From Camelus ferus (taxonomy: Eukaryota): a stretch of 64,000 nucleotides of DNA. The stretch lies in the NCBI RefSeq assembly GCF_009834535.1, contig NC_045697.1, positions 113,586,001 through 113,650,000 on the forward strand, read 5' to 3'. Of the stretch, positions 62,201-64,000 are shown piece by piece; the first letter of the stretch is position 1, and every line of letters begins with the position of its first letter. The notes under the pieces were generated by a model. The model did not search any database, was not told the DNA's origin, and saw only the letters and a list, made by a program, of their open reading frames with translations. The translations under genes and the position numbers were made by a program.

Positions 62201-64000
62201 TATTTCCACTCTGATCTTTACTATTTCCTTTTTCTACTAATTTCCTACTAATTCCAGGCTTCATTTGTTTTTTTTCTAGTTTCTTTATGTGTAAAACTAA
62301 TGGTTTATTTGGAATTTTTTGTTTGTTTGTTTCTTGAGGTAGGCCTGCATTGCTAAGAACTTCCCTCTTAGAACTGCTTTTGCTGCATTACATCAGTTAT
62401 GGTATGTAGTATTTCTGTTTCCATTTATCCCTGAATTTTTAAAATTTCTCCTTAGATTTCTTTAACGACCCCTTGTTTTTTCAGTAGCATCCTTTTTAAT
62501 CTCCATGTTTGTGCTTTTTTTCTGTTTTTTTTTTTCCCCTTGTGATTGAATTCTAGCTTCATAACATTGTGATCAGAGAAGATGTTTGATATGATTTCAA
62601 TCTTGATTTTATTGAGATTTGTTTTGTGAACTAACACGTAATCTTCCTGGAGAATGTCCCATGTGTCCTTGAGAAGAATGTATACTCTGCTACTGTTTAA
62701 CAAAATGATCTGCATATATCTATTAAGTCAGTGTAATCCAATGTATCATTTAACCCACTGACGCCTTACTGATCACTGTCTGGATGATATACCCACTGAT
62801 GAAAGTGGAGTATTAACGTTCCCTTACTCTTATTGTATTGCTTTCAGTTTCACTGAATAAGTCTGTTAATATTTGCTTTATGTATCTTGATACGTATCTT
62901 GGGTGCATATATATTTATAAATGTTATATCTTCCTGCTGGATTGACCCTTTATCATATTGTAATACCCTTTTGTCTTGTATTTTAGTCTTTGTGTTGAGT
63001 CTTTTTTTTTCTGATATGAGTATAGGTACTCCAGCTTTCTTTTTATTTCCATTTGTTTGGAAGATCTTAATCCATCCTTCACTTTCAGTCTGTGTGTGTC
63101 TTTTCTTCTGAAATGAGTCTCTTGTAGGCAACATATTGATAGGACTGTTTATCCATTCAGGAGCTCTGTGTCTTTTGATTGACACATTTAGTCCATTTAG
63201 ATTTAAATTAATTATTGCTATGTAGGTACTTACTGCTGTTTTAAAAATTGTTTTCTGTATGTTTTTGTAGTTCCTTTCTGTTCCTTTCTTCTCCTCTTTC
63301 TCTCTTCCCTTATGTTTCAATGGTTTTCTTTAATGTCAAGTTTAGATTCCTTTCTCATTTTCTTTTGCACATTTACTCTAAGTTTTTTTTTCCCTTGTGG
63401 TTTCTGTGAGGTTCACGTATAATATTCTGTGTAAATAGTAGTCTGTTTCAAGTTGGTAGTAACTTAAATTTGAACACATTCCAAGGCTATCGTTTTACTC
63501 ACCCTCCCCCTATACTTTATACTTTCAATAACATACGTCACATCTTTTTATTTTATGCATCCCATTAACTAGTTATTGTAATTTAAGTTAATGTTACTAC
63601 TATTTTCTTTTAATCTTCATGCCTGCTTTATAAGTGATTGATCCACTACCTTTATTATGTATTTGCCTTTTCCAGTGAGATTTTTACTATTGTATGTTTC
63701 TTGTTATTAACTAATTCAGCTTAATGACCTCCCTTTAACATTTCTTGTAGGACTGGCTTAGTGATGATGAACTTCTTTAACTTTTGTTCATCTGGGAACC
63801 TCTTGATTGCACCTTCAATTCTGATTGATAACTTTGTGGGGTAGAGAATTCTTGGCTAAAATGTCAGGGGTTTTGTTTCTTTGTTTGTTTGTTTTCCTTT
63901 CAGCTCTTTGAATAAACTATGTCACTCCCTTCTGGCCTGTAAAGATTTTGCTGAAAAATATGCTGAGAGCTTTATGGGGTTTCCTTTATACATAACAAGT
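59290..64000 (-). mobile_element. Long inactive L1 (ORF1 C-terminus, inter-ORF, ORF2 EN-RT-Cys domains, 3'UTR); continues beyond the window
   Basis: ORF track fragments: EN 'TYIAIINLNLNGLNVSIKRHR', 'FSDHNVMKLE', 'IENLNRPI', RT '[14 protein letters not shown]', 'YRFNPISI', 'LKSFCT'. Many stops and frameshifts; the ORF2 start codon appears mutated. Confidence 0.97.
59623..59907 (-). mobile_element. Younger L1 3' end nested in the long L1
   Basis: Second L1 3'UTR ('atattgaatatagttccctgtgctac...') with a (TG)n-containing tail; degenerate TSD TATATCTTTTCA (59611-59622) / TATATTTTTTTCA (59908-59920); the host sequence resumes afterwards. Confidence 0.85.

Overview
AT-rich, repeat-dense mammalian genomic DNA, most likely camelid (alpaca/llama/camel): three tRNA-derived SINEs resemble Vic-1, and I saw no Alu, PRE-1, Bov-A/BovB or rodent SINEs. 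The window reads as intergenic or deep-intronic. I recognise no protein-coding gene, RNA gene or CpG island. The ORF track is almost all chance ORFs plus decayed LINE-1 ORF1/ORF2. Content: L1 copies of several ages, including a >4.7 kb minus-strand L1 running off the right end, several 5'-truncated 3' ends with TSDs, ERV1-type solo LTRs (two MER41-like), MaLR/MLT LTRs, L2, MIR, a MER58-like hAT element, Tigger remnants, microsatellites and a 100-N assembly gap. I found no convincing novel biological system. The most notable details are mechanistic scars: a twin-priming micro-inversion, nested insertions, microhomology deletions (one removing the RT FADD motif) and a templated insertion. There are also a few unproven minus-strand exon-like splice-site pairs. 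Repeat family names come from recalled consensus sequences, and most boundaries without TSDs are approximate.
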